Below are positions 51,021-63,796 of a DNA stretch of 64,000 nucleotides, piece after piece. The position numbers were made by a program, and so were the translations under genes. This DNA comes from Octopus bimaculoides. Taxonomy: Eukaryota. The stretch is taken from positions 32,235,398 to 32,299,397 of the forward strand of contig NC_068983.1 in assembly GCF_001194135.2 (NCBI RefSeq), in the 5' to 3' direction. Every line of letters begins with the position of its first letter. Within the stretch, counting starts at the first letter, position 1. The notes under the pieces are model-generated. The model saw only the letters and a list, made by a program, of their open reading frames with translations. It was not told the DNA's origin and ran no database searches.

Positions 51021-52204
51021 CCCCATCACTCATCATTCCTCTACCAGTGATATCTCAGTTACCTCCCTAACTGCTGTATTTTGCTGCTGTACTTAAATGA
51101 GAGTAAAACTGCATATTTCATCATCTTTTTCTGTTATACAGATTATCTTTCTCACTTCCCAGAACCACTTCACTTGTCAGCCCTCCTTTGTTCTTAATAT
51201 TTTAAAATGATTGCCATTCTTCTTTTTAATTTTATTGCCATAGGTCAGACCTGATGGAAGCACATCCATAGTCAAAAGCACTCCAGCCATGAACATGTCA
51301 TATGTTTTTTCAGACTGTTGACTAGATTAGCCAATGTGTTCTTGCTTTTAAAAAAATGCTAGGGTGTAATTGGAGGGTAATTTGATTGCTATAGCTAGCA
51401 GGTTGAGTAAATATACTGAGGATCTCCATTGTTCTTCATGCTGGTGCTGGTGACAATGGTGTTTGTGGTGGAGCCAACACTGTCCTGGTCTGCAATAATA
51501 TACTTTTGGTGTGAAAATATGCATTTCACATTCTGGCTGTGGTTAACCAAATTTTGAAGAGAAATGTGACAAAATATAAAACTTAAAACATGTTACTCCA
51601 CTTTCAGTTAATATTTACTGAAAATGATTTTACTCCTGTATTTAACAAGTATCTAGTAACATTTTTGGCATGCCTTTATTACTTACTGTTGAATTGTGAG
51701 AAAAAACTAAACACCTGTTTTTATGCTCCCATGTCAGAATCTTGAGAAATTCTCATAAGGAAACACCATAGGTGTATTTATTTATTTTATTAGTTTCATT
51801 TGAATTTTTTTTACATATTTCACTGTTAAAAGTAATTAAAATACTTGACGCACCACATTTATAATGTCTTCTTCATAATCCAATAAAGAGGGGAAAAAAA
51901 AATGAGATTTACAATTTTTTTAACCTTATGAATTTACATAAACCTAAAGACAAGACGAAAAAATTATCAAGCATAGGTGTGTGGCTAAAAAGCATGCTTT
52001 GCAGTCAAATGGTTTTTGGTTCAGACCCTTTGTTTGGTATCTTGGACAAATGTCTTTTAAACTAGAGCATTGAGCTGACCAATGCTTTGTGAGTGAATTT
52101 ATTAGACAGCAATTGTGGGGGCCTGGCAAATGTATGTATGTATGCATGTATGTATGTATGTATGTATGTATGTATGTATGTATGTATGTATGTATGTATG
52201 TATG

Positions 52205-53131
52205 TGCAGATTTGTATGTTTTATGTATGTATGTGCAGATTTGTATGTTTTATGTATGTATTGTCATGCATATAGTTGCATATCTAGACATGCTCATATG
52301 TATTTAAATGATAAACTTCTGGAAAGTTTTACAGATTTTTACAGTTCCAGTGATGGATTGGATCTGTAGTCTTCAGATTAACTTTCTCTTTTCTGGTTTG
52401 AGAAGCCTAATTTCTCAAGATTGGTATTTAGGCAGTGTGCTACATATCTCAGGACTCCAGTAATTACAGGTATAAACCTGAACTTGTAATCTGGATAGAG
52501 TAACTGCAGATTTCTCAATAGTTCAGCGTAGGTGTTCTCTTTTTCACTGATCTTCAGCTTTATGTTAACATCCACTGGGCAGCTAATTTCTGTAACTGTG
52601 CTCAGTTTCTCTTCTGCATCCCAAATCATCATATCAGGTCTGTTGTGATTACATTTTATTGAGCTTTCACTGGTACATTCCACCAGTATTCCTTTTCATT
52701 ATTATGAGTGGCTATGGCCTCTACCATATTGTGGGTTTTTATTTCTTTGTCCTTGGGATTATCCTTCCAATGGATTTCATTATAGAGTGTCCTAGCGACA
52801 ATGTCATGTCTCATTGGTAAATAATAACGTGATGACATTTTCGGACAGCTGCTTATGATGTGGGTAATATCTTCAGTGTGAACTCTATAAAGTCTGCATC
52901 AGTTGTCACACATTAAGGCTTTACCTGCATCTCTATCCCTTTTGTGCATCAGGTACTTGGTTGATATTTCCTGTTCCTGGATTGCAAATGCATACCCTTC
53001 AAAGTGGGAGGTAGTAATCTGGCTATTCGTTAAACTGCTTTGATGATTGATGTTATTATCATCACAGAGCTTTCTAGTAACATATCCTTTCATAGTCTTT
53101 TGCCCATATAATGACAGCATTGGACATATAG
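52205..53131 (-). mobile_element. R4-like non-LTR retrotransposon 3' portion
   Basis: FAIQEQEI, EDITHIISSC (CCHC), RHDIVAR, NRPDMMIWD, EISCP, EKENTY (PD-D/ExK RLE); 3' end abuts (ATAC)n. Confidence 0.85.
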
Positions 53132-53800
53132 CATGTATGTTTTTTAGATGTGCCTTTGAATATAACTGTTCGTGTATGGTTACATGCACGTGTGTGTGTG
53201 TGCACGCATGTGTATTTGAATATAACTGTGTGCATATGGATATGTATACGTGTGTGTGTGCACATGCGTGTGTGGATTTGTATATGTGTACATGCATGGT
53301 TGCATATATATGTGCATCTATTTGACGTATGTGTGGGTGTGCATCTGTGTGTTTCATGCGAGTCTGAGTGGACATATACATATAGGCACATGTACGTGGG
53401 TGTGCATGCATGCATGTGTGTGTATGTACATGCGTGCACACCCGATTGCTATGAGCTTTCTTACTCCTTTACCTTTTACTTTTTACTTCCTCCTTTCATT
53501 TTTTTCCCTTGGTTAACTGTCATTCTAATAGCTCTTTTGTCTTAATAATGGTCATTTACATAGTAATTTCCCTCTGTTTAATGGTCATTTTCATAGCATA
53601 TTTTAATTGCCTCGATAACTGAAGAGATGCTGGTGTAGGTTTCTGCCCCGGCATCCAAGTTTTATCCGAGTTTATCATGATAAAACATCCGAGTTTTATC
53701 ATGGTGACCGAATAATTGTCACATATTATATTACAAATAAATTCCTCTATTTACATAATATCAAAGTCTCTTTCATTCTTTTGTTATCTTACCATTACTA

Positions 53801-53836
<36 letters not shown>

Positions 53837-53986
53837 NNNNNNNNNNNNNNNNNNNNNNNNNNNNNNNNNNNNNNNNNNNNNNNNNNNNNNNNNNNNNNNN
53901 NNNNNNNNNNNNNNNNNNNNNNNNNNNNNNNNNNNNNNNNNNNNNNNNNNNNNNNNNNNNNNNNNNNNNNNNNNNNNNNNNNNNNN

Positions 53987-54028
<42 letters not shown>

Positions 54029-54059
54029 AACACAATATGTTTTTATGTGCTACTATCAT

Positions 54060-55140
54060 TGTAGTTGTCTATGTTGATTTTTTAGATGTTTCTCTTGACC
54101 TGAACTCCTCTTATAAACCTTACCATAAGCTTAATGAGAAACTTTCCTATATACATAAACAATCTTGTCACCTTGCTGTAGTATTAAAAAATCTGACAGC
54201 TAACATTAGTAATAGAGTTTCTAACCTCTCTTCCTCTAAAGAAGTTTTTGAGAAGACAGCTCCCCACTATAACAATGCTTTAGCCAATAGTGGATTTAAG
54301 GATAAATTAATATAAATTATCATATAGCAGCTGCCCCAATATGAAAAACATCCTTACATGAAAAACATCCTTACAAGCGGCCACTCCCAGTTGTAACTGG
54401 CGAGCTCCAGGAACTTGTCCACTTGACCAAGGATGTATGATTAAATCTGTCATATTTGAGACAGAAGTTATAGCAATGCTAAATAATAATACAATTGATG
54501 AGAAGAGCTTTATGAGACTTTGCGAAGGCAAATTCAAAAATCATTATGCTAATCCCATATCTTTCTTCCAATACAGTGACAGAAGTAAAGCTACAAAGTT
54601 GGCTAGTCACGAATGGGGTTTGAAGTCACACACTGCACCACTTATGATAAAGTGGAAAATAGTTGAAAAATCAATACCATATGTTAATGGATAAAAAAGA
54701 TGTAAGTTATGCGTAACTGAAAGAACTCAGACACTTTTCAGATCTAAGCATTCTGACACACTACTGAATTCTAGATCCATAATTTTCAGTGGTTGTAAGC
54801 ATGTTAATGAATTGGAGAGTGCCAACCACTCTGGATTGAATAACTGTACCATAGACTCTGAGCAATTATCTTTTCAGCCTTATATTTTACAGTCTAAGGG
54901 GAAATAACTCTAATTCTGCGCTTTGCTTCTTTCTGTTTTCTTTTTTGTTTTCTGGTTTTTCAACCTTCTACCTTTATATCTACTTCTTTCTCACTTTTTC
55001 ACTTGTCCTATCATCCCATTTTTAGTTTGTTATGCCTGTGAGCAGTGCCTGAAGATTGTGCTAGGACACCAGACATGTTAAAAAATACTGTGTGGTATGC
55101 TCACAGCACATGAAACTAATAGTAGCACATAAAAACATAT
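54060..55140 (+). mobile_element. Penelope-like element (Neptune-type): RT thumb, GIY-YIG remnant, 3' pLTR
   Basis: VDFLDVSLDL..YKPYHK, CN...CPL.QGC, EGKFKNHY, IKWKIV, CKLC; frameshifts. Confidence 0.85.
55030..55135 (+). ncRNA. type I hammerhead ribozyme in Penelope pLTR
   Basis: GTGC-CTGAAGA-stem II (TGTGCT/AGCACA)-GAAAC-TAAT-AGTA-GCAC; GUA cleavage triplet 55122-55124. Confidence 0.75.
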
Positions 55141-56459
55141 ATTGTGTTTATTAAATAATATTTATCTCTCACCAGATGGAGTACTTTTTTTATTGATCTT
55201 ACCATCATGGAACAGTACACTATATATATATATATATATATCATTACATGTATACATGTGTATGCGTTTATGTCTCCTTGTCTTGATAGTTGTAATGAGT
55301 ATTACTGTCATACAAGCAGTAACATTTCATATCCAGTCCTCTGAAAAAACATGTCTAGCCATAGGAAAGTATTACCTTGCTTGGAAATAGGTGAGGGTTG
55401 GTGACAGGAAAAGTAAATATCGTAGAAAACCTGCCTCAATAAACTCTGTCTGACCCATGATAAAAAAGAATGCTAAAAACGATGATGATGAAGTAGAACT
55501 GTTCTTTCTTTTTATGTTCTGGAAATCTAAGTTTGTTATAAAAGGCATTATTTAATACTCTAGAAATTCAGAAATGATAAAAACTGCAGGACAACCAGCA
55601 AAAACTAAAATTAGTTGAATGACTCAACCTCTAGGTTTACAAATAATAAATGATCATTTCAGTTTACTTAGTAAATGGTCTTCCTTTTTATCCTTTCTTT
55701 TTCTTTTGACATTTTTTTGTCACCTGATAATTAACTGTTTCTCAGATATGAGACTTCAGTAGGGCAACCACTACCATATCTTTTCACAATGTTATTACTG
55801 CTGTTGCTACAAGTGCTACTGTTGTTGCTGCTGTTATTGTCGTAGGTAGTATTGGCCATAATACAGCTATTTTGTTTGCTTTCCAATCTTTTTGTTTAAC
55901 TTATTTAATTTTTTGTTTTCCTATCTCTCTCTTTAAAAATAATGCTTTCCAGTTCTAATTTGGATGATATAAACAAAAGACACTCAATTTATGCAGTATT
56001 TGACTTACAATAGTAGTGGTAGTTGAGGTAATAGTAGTGATAGTAGTAGTAGTAGTAGTAGTAGCAGCAGCAGCTGTTGTTGTAGCAGTGGCACTGATAG
56101 TGGTGGTGATGGTAGTGGAGGGGGAAACAGTGACAGTAGTGGTAGTAGTGGTGATAGTGGAAACAATTATAAAACTATTATTTTTTAGTAAGTCTTATTT
56201 TTCATTGTCTAAGGATTAAGTGTTTGTCTCATGAATGTAAAGGTGATTTCTGAAGTGGGGTGCACATTGCGATCTTCAGCAAGTTACTTCATTTCACATT
56301 GCTCCAATCTACTCATCTGACAATGAGTACCAGATGATTGCCAGTGCAGCTCTTTTTTCCTCCAGCTGTCTATTCCTCAGCATTCTGCTGAATCAAGAGT
56401 AAGAGGATTGAAACAATATCTATGTCTCCTTATGTATTCATTGACACCTAAAACAACTA

Positions 56460-56870
56460 ATGAAAGTATAGTAGAAAATTTCAAGCCATACCTACTTTCT
56501 ATGACTTCATCAACCCCAATTTCTGGCCTCCTCATTCCCCTTATTGTAATTCCATTGATTACTGTGTGGAACAGGAATGAAAAAGACACCAACCACTCTG
56601 CCTGCAATAGAAAGGCTGAGCTGGTGACTAAGATCAAGGAGGTGTATGAAGATCTTTCCTGGGATGCAGTGAGAAACGTATTGCTAGGTTCCAAAGTCAT
56701 CCTAAGGCTGTGGTGGAAGCTGAAGGTGGCTACTTTGAATAAACTATTCTCTCCCAGCTATAATCTAGTTGATAGTTTTTGATTTTTTAAAAAATACTTT
56801 AATTTTGGGATGGGATATTGTTTTTTCTTTTCCTTTTTTGTAAACACTTAAATTTATCCCAAACTCATTG
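56460..56870 (+). mobile_element. maT/DD37D-type transposase 3' fragment
   Basis: FYDFINPNFWPPHSPYCNSIDYCVW; homologous to 49435-49800. Confidence 0.72.
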
Positions 56871-57874
56871 TATTTGCATGGAAACAAGTAATAATTAAAT
56901 AATTAAAACAAGATGTAATTAAAATAAAACACAAAAGATTACTGGTTAGGTTAGATTAGAGCACTTCATGACCCTGTTCACAATCATCTCTCAAATTGAA
57001 TACAAGTGCAATTTACTGTACTAGTAATCATTACTTGAGAAATTTGTCATTGAAAAACTCCCATGTCCTGAGAGTAATCTGTTTTAAGTACAGTGTAATG
57101 TTTTAGTTTTAATTTTAATAATAATCTATCATTTGCATGTTGTTTATATTTTGAATCTAACTGTTTTTGTGTCATTAAAACCTCTTTGGAAATCTGTAGC
57201 ACCATGGACTTGTTTGATTTTGAAGAATGGTGACTCTTAGTTACTCTTTACTCTCTTCATCCTCTTCATTTTTTTGTTATTTCTCTGAAGAAAATAACAT
57301 TGTTGTTTTGAAGAAATTGTTCCTTCCCATCCATTTTTGTAGTTTTATGCTAAGCTTTCTGTTTTTCCTGATTTCATTCTCTTTTATTCTTTTACATTTT
57401 CACCAACTATTTGTAAGTTTTCACCTTCAGTTCTTATATCTTTGTCATTGCACAATGTAATTCCACACCAGCCTGTATGGTAGAACAAGTTGGTATGGAA
57501 AGGAATCGATCTTCATTATTTTGTCTTTTTTTCTGTTTAGTCTTTCTGGTTCTTCTGGGTAGTTTGGCTCTGAGATAAATTTGTACTATGACAAATGTAG
57601 TAGCTAAGCTTTCTGCCCTGTATCATTAATCTTATTCCGTTAGTTTTCAAAATCTCCAACTGGGCACAGTTCTGGTATGGCACTGCAGCCTTTGAGAGAC
57701 ATTAGGACTTGCAAATCCATTTTCATTCCTCTAACTACATGTCATCTTTCTTTAGCCCTGCATTAACCATTCATCCCTACTGTCATACAAAACTGATGAC
57801 GAGCCACAAATTTGTGTCAATTCCAATGTCACTTATCCTCATCCTTATATTTCTTTGATCCATTGCGCATACAC

Positions 57875-57905
<31 letters not shown>

Positions 57906-58219
57906 TTCACATACCCTCTTTTACATACACACGCATATATTCACACAGAGTTGAAACGCTGTTTGAGTTATATCTTCAGCGTACAATTTTCATCATCCCA
58001 CTACCAAGTATGACATCACCCCTTCCTTCCTTTCTCATTCATAAACACAAGAGTATCATTATAGTAAATTATCTTGGTAACCATGGGAGGTATGAAAAAA
58101 ATACAAAGCTTAATATCACCACTGGATCATTCTTGTGTAATTTTTTGTGCAATTACTCAGTCATTTGACTGTGAATCCCAAGACAAGAAAGAATCGACCA
58201 TGTCAAATTTATATGTATG

Positions 58220-58257
<38 letters not shown>

Positions 58258-58261
58258 TATC

Positions 58262-58297
<36 letters not shown>

Positions 58298-58735
58298 ATA
58301 TGTATGTATAAAGTATGTATATGGGCTATACATATTAATACCCACACATACATATGACCACTTTAGTGACCAGATACTACATTCAGATGTATTGAGATGT
58401 GAAGTACTAGTGTATATCTCTCTTCCACATAGATAGCATAAGTTTTTAAGTTTACTAGCATTTCATTTCCTATACCTACCGGCAAAACACTATAAACATA
58501 TTTTTACTGCCTCAGTGAGACAAGGCTTTTTTGGCTTTATATATAAACTGCTAATTTTATTTCTTTTATTCTTCATGTCTATTTCATATCAACCACTCAA
58601 GGCCAGTATTATTTATACAATGGTTTCACAAAATTTTACCCATTGCTGCTGCTGGAGTTACAGACTAGTAACAAAACAAAATACCCCAATGTCCTGGAAG
58701 GTCAGATATGCATGTTTTTTCTTTATACATGTATA

Positions 58736-59632
58736 CAAGGTCTGATCAATAAGTATCCGGACTGTTGCCATAGTAAGGAATTTAAAGCATGCAAAGTAAA
58801 ACCGACCAGCAAAGATTGAACTTGAATTCTGCTATGAATGCACAGTAAATTTTAATGTTCTAGCTCACTTCTGCTGTTTACAGCAGTGCTTGGAAGGAAG
58901 ATGTGTAGCATGTGATCACTGCATTGACCATGATAGAGAAAGTTGTCATGGCGATACCTGCTCAGAGGCCTATACAAAGTTGCAGAAAGTGTATGGAGAG
59001 GAGTGTATGAGCTGCACAAAAGTGTTCGATTGGTTCAGATGTTTCCGAGATGGCCGAAAAAATGTCGATATTGACGAATATTCTGACATACCTGCAATCA
59101 GCGGAACTGAGAAAAACATCGCAGATGTGCATGCAGCTGTGAGGGGAAAAAAATCATCGAATCACCATCTGTGAGTTATCAAAGATTGTGCAGAATAGTT
59201 ACGGTTCAGTTCAGTCTATTATCAATGAAGATTTGGTTATGAGACACATGTCTGCCAAGTTTGTGCCAAAACTGCTTTCAACTGACCAAAAAGACACAGG
59301 TTTCAGTTGCATAAGATCTCCTTGATTGTGTTGAGAACAATGAAAACTTTTTGAAAACTTTCCATAGGCCTCTGAGCAGATATTGCTAAGCTTTTGGCAA
59401 AATTTGCTGCAGATTCTCTGCTCAACTTTCTCTGCATTGGTCAATGCGATGATCACACATTACACACCTTCTTATCAAGCACTGCTGTAAACAGTGGAAG
59501 TAAGCTAGAACATCAAAACTTAGTGCACATGCACAGCAGAGTTCAAGGTCAATCTATACCAAGCAGCTTCACTCTGCATGCTTTAGCTTCCTTACTATGA
59601 CAACAGTCCTGATACTTATTGATCAGACCATG
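58736..59632. mobile_element. mariner derivative with both ends made of the 5' end
   Basis: 29-bp TIRs with TA TSD; 59355-59632 is the reverse complement of about 58736-58975; HTH-region remnant between. Confidence 0.88.
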
Positions 59633-59873
59633 TATTCAGGTTTTGCCTTGTCTGTTCTTTCTTTCAAATAGACATTGGTCAAAGCTCTAACTAATCCTCA
59701 ATTAGTTATCAAGTACTCAATCTCAGTGAACAAATATCTTATTTTAGATGAGTTAAGATGTGCCTTGTGAAGTACATGTGTATCTATTTATTACACACTC
59801 TCAAGCATGTACATATGCATATATGTATGTATATTTTTTGTATGTATGTATGTATGCATGTATGTATACATGA

Positions 59874-59905
<32 letters not shown>

Positions 59906-60769
59906 GTGTGTGTGTATGTATGCCTGTCTGTCTATTTATGAGTGTGTGTGAATATGTGTGTGTGCATGTGTACACAAATATATGGATACGTATATGTACA
60001 TAGAGTTTTCATATATATGTATACACATACACACACAGATGTATGTATTTATATCTTTACCTTTTCTTATAATATATAAAATTTTCATACTTAACCTTAA
60101 ATTGAATATATATCTTTTAAATAAAAAAGAAAAATCTCATTTCATCTTATGATTTAAAATTTAATGATAAATATCTAAAAAGGTCATAGTAGTAGTTTTA
60201 ATGTTACAAACCCTACAGATTTAAAATGAAAAATAGTAAAGAAGAAAATAATGTTGAGGTGTGCAAAAATTAAAGACGAAATTATATAAAGTTTACTCTT
60301 TCACATTCAAGAACTTTGAGGAAAAAAAATAATCAAACACATTTTTATCTGGAATGGTTTTTAGCTGGAGATGTCAGCAAGATGAAAAGAAATCAAGTGG
60401 AATAATACTACTGAAGAGGCATGAAAAAAAAAAAAAAAGATTTTTCATCTAAAAGTCTGGGCTAAGCTGGAGTTAATAAGACTCCATATCCACCCCCAAC
60501 ACCATCACCATTGTTGTTGTCATTTTCATTTCCACTTTCCCATGCTTGCATGGATCAGACTATAATTTTGCATGTTATTCAATCTTATTTTCTAAGAACA
60601 TCAACATAGGTGCAGGCATGGCTGTGTAGATACAGAGGTTACTTTGTAATCACATACTTCCTGGTTCTATCCTACTGTGTGGCATCTTGGATGAGTGTCT
60701 TCTACAACCTCAACCTGATCAGTGTGTTGTACATACATACATACATACATACATACATACATACATACA

Positions 60770-61237
60770 TGATGGTTGCCCCCTCGTTATTGAGTATGAC
60801 CATTGCACGACGCTTAACTTAACGGTGCTGTGATCGAATGTGACTTTTTAGCCCAGCCAAAGAGCTACAATGTCTTGCACAGAGTTGGCATCCAAAACCT
60901 TTACTGGCAATAGCTGGCTGTTGTTGTAATTGGGCTCCATGTACCTTTGCGTGTCGTTTAAGTCCTCACGTACATGCTAGTGGTTGTCTACTACTCATGC
61001 AGAGTTTGACCACCTCCTGTACCTATACCTTAGAATCATCATGGCATCTGATGTGGCTTTTTAAACCAGACAATGTTTTGAAAAGACACCCACATAGATG
61101 GCATATCTGATTTGGGCCACCAAGAGCTGCAGTTAAGTTCTGATCATTGTGGATCTTAAAATGTCTTTTGAGGCCTCTGTTAGATTTGCAAACCTTCCGG
61201 CATACATTGCATTGAAAGGTGTGCACAGATGTATAGG
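60770..61237 (-). mobile_element. two tandem RTE-like LINE 3' ends encoding C2H2 fingers
   Basis: FQCNVCRKVCKSNRGLKRHFKIH...CHLCGCLFKTLSGLKSHIRCH; second copy GLKRHAKVH...CQLCARHCSSLAGLKSHIRSQH; related 3' UTRs. Confidence 0.68.
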
Positions 61238-61315
61238 CATGCATACATACATACATACATACATACACACCGGCATACATACATTTACATACATATATAC
61301 ATACATGTGTGTGAA

Positions 61316-61348
<33 letters not shown>

Positions 61349-61621
61349 TTGTGGGTTAACAAGGCTACCAATGGTTTCATGTAAAGATATTTTCACAATT
61401 GTTCCAACGTACCACATAGAAATAAAGAATATTTATCCATGAATGTGGTGTTGACCATGCATTCTCACTGTTGATATTAGCATGTGTGGCTGTGTAGTAA
61501 GAAGCTTGCTTCCCAGCCACATGGTTCCATGTCTAGTCACACTGCATGTCACCTTGAGCATGTGCCTTCTACTATAGCCTCAAACCAACCAAAGCCTTGT
61601 CAAGGGAAATTGAAAGAAGTG

Positions 61622-61654
<33 letters not shown>

Positions 61655-61663
<9 letters not shown>

Positions 61664-62272
61664 TTATTTAAAAGAGTTCCAACACTGTCTGTTTTTTATG
61701 TTTTATTTATATTCCTGCAAAACCAATATGGGATATAGAATATGGAATATACAATATATAATATAATATACAATATATAATATAGAATAAAAATGGATGG
61801 TACTATGAAATAAAGTATTGAATGTCTTATTGAATATATGGAATATGTCTTATTGAATAGATGAAATATTGAGTGTTCAATATAAAGGATTAAATNNNNN
61901 NNNNNNNNNNNNNNNNNNNNNNNNNNNNNNNNNNNNNNNNNNNNNNNNNNNNNNNNNNNNNNNNNNNNNNNNNNNNNNNNNNNNNNNNNNNNNNNNNNNN
62001 NNNNNNNNNNNNNNNNNNNNNNNNNNNNNNNNNNNNNNNNNNNNTATTGAACACTCAATATTTCATCTATTCAATAAGACATATTCCATATATTCAATAA
62101 GACATTCAATACTTTATTTCATTGTACCATCCATTTTTATTTTATATTATATATTGTATATTATATTATATATTGTATATTCCATATTCTATATCCCACA
62201 TTGGTTTTGCAGGAATATAAATAAAACATAAAAAACAGACAGTGTTGGAACTCTTTTAAACAAAATAATATA
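61655..62272. repeat. AT-rich inverted repeat (about 225-bp arms) around an assembly gap
   Basis: 61655-61882 versus 62045-62272, with a few substitutions. Confidence 0.75.
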
Positions 62273-62323
62273 TTCCTCTATACACAATCATACAAAACCC
62301 CTTTTTTTGTATTTATTTTTACT

Positions 62324-62375
<52 letters not shown>

Positions 62376-62444
62376 TATATGTATATGTATATGTGTGTGT
62401 GTGTGTTTGTGTGTGCATGTGCGTTAAATAAAATGAGACTACAA

Positions 62445-62810
62445 AGCCAAAGGCTTTCTCCGTGTCAACGAAAGCCAGGTACAGAGGTTTATCTTTGGCT
62501 AGGTATTTCTCCTGCAGCTGTCTTACCAGAAATATAGCATCAGTGATGCTTTTTCCTGGCACAAACCCAAACTGCATCTCATCTAAACTGATTCTCTCTC
62601 TAATTTGTTGGGCTATGACCCTCTCTGTGACCTTCATTACCTGATCCAACAACTTGATACCTCTGTAATTATTTGTATCTAAAGCATCACCTTTACCTTT
62701 GTAGCAGTTGACTATGGTGCTGCTACACCAGTCCTCAGTCAAATCGTCCAACCCATGAAATGCGGACGCATGGAAAGTGGACGTTAAACGATGATGATGA
62801 TGATGATGAT
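62445..62810. mobile_element. 5'-inverted RTE copy: minus-strand RT joined to plus-strand tail
   Basis: DWCSSTIVNCYKGKGDALDTNNYRGIKLL...FVDTEKAF on minus, then plus tail ending (GAT)n. Confidence 0.85.
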
Positions 62811-63142
62811 ATAATTGAATGTTTACTGGCTGATGTTTGTTGATTGTATATCCTCTCCATTTGCTTATTTGCCTTATAAATCCTGGGTAAATTTCTAATT
62901 AACCCCCAACCCATATCTAATTCCCAAATGCGATATTGCCATGCAATAGTAAGCACTTGGTTATAAATACTTAGGTACACATCCAGTAATACACTGGATA
63001 TTTAATATCCCTTAGATGGTTTCTTAACCTTTAACTCATATAGAAATATATATATGTGTGTGTATGTGTGTGCGCGCTTGTGTATCTTATCGTCATTATC
63101 ATGTAATGTCTGCTTTCCATGCTGGGTTATATATTCTTTCTT

Positions 63143-63782
63143 TTATTCTATTATTCCTTTCAGTCATTTGACTGAGGCCATGCTGGAGCACTGCCTTTAG
63201 TTGAACAAATTGACCCCAGGACTTATTCTTTGTAAGTCTCATACTTATTCTATCGGAATCTTTTGATGAACCACTAATGTTACAGGGACATAAACACACC
63301 AGCATCAGTTGTCAAGCGATGTTGGGAGGACAAACACAGACACACAAAAACATACACACACACTCACACACACACACACACACACATGCGCATATATATA
63401 CGATGGGCTTCTCTCAGTTTCTTATTTCTTTATTGCCCACAAGGGGCTAAACATAGAGGGGACAAACAAGGACAGACAAAAGGATTAAGTCGATTACGTC
63501 GACCCCAGTGCATAACTGGTACTTAATTTATCGACCCCGAAAGGATGAAAAGGAAAGTTGACCTCGGCGGAATTTGAACTCAGAACATAATGGGGGACGA
63601 AATTTCACCCGGCATGCTAACGTTTCTGCCAGCTTGCTGCCTTCTCTCAGTTTCTGTCTACCAAATCTACTCATAAGGCTTTGGTTGGCCTGAGGCTATA
63701 GTAGAAGACACTTTCCCACGGTGCCATGCAGTGGGACTGAAACCATATGGTTGGTAAGCAAGCTACTTACCACACAGCCACT
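63143..63782 (-). mobile_element. tRNA-derived SINE interrupted by a second SINE
   Basis: Homology to 3539-3910 on both sides of the insertion. Confidence 0.82.
63423..63641 (-). mobile_element. nested tRNA-derived SINE with 14-bp TSD
   Basis: TTCTCTCAGTTTCT at 63409-63422 and 63642-63655. Confidence 0.88.
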
Positions 63783-63796
63783 CCTGTGCCTATATA

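Noticed and set aside
53612-53720. Second hammerhead (GATAA-CTGAAGA-GATGCTGG...CCGGCATC)
   Set aside because: Core 5' half and stem II are present, but GAAA and stem III are missing; at most a decayed Penelope remnant
12796-62231. Long X-rich ORFs and YIYI/CVCV/THTH/ERER ORFs
   Set aside because: Artefacts of N gaps and microsatellites
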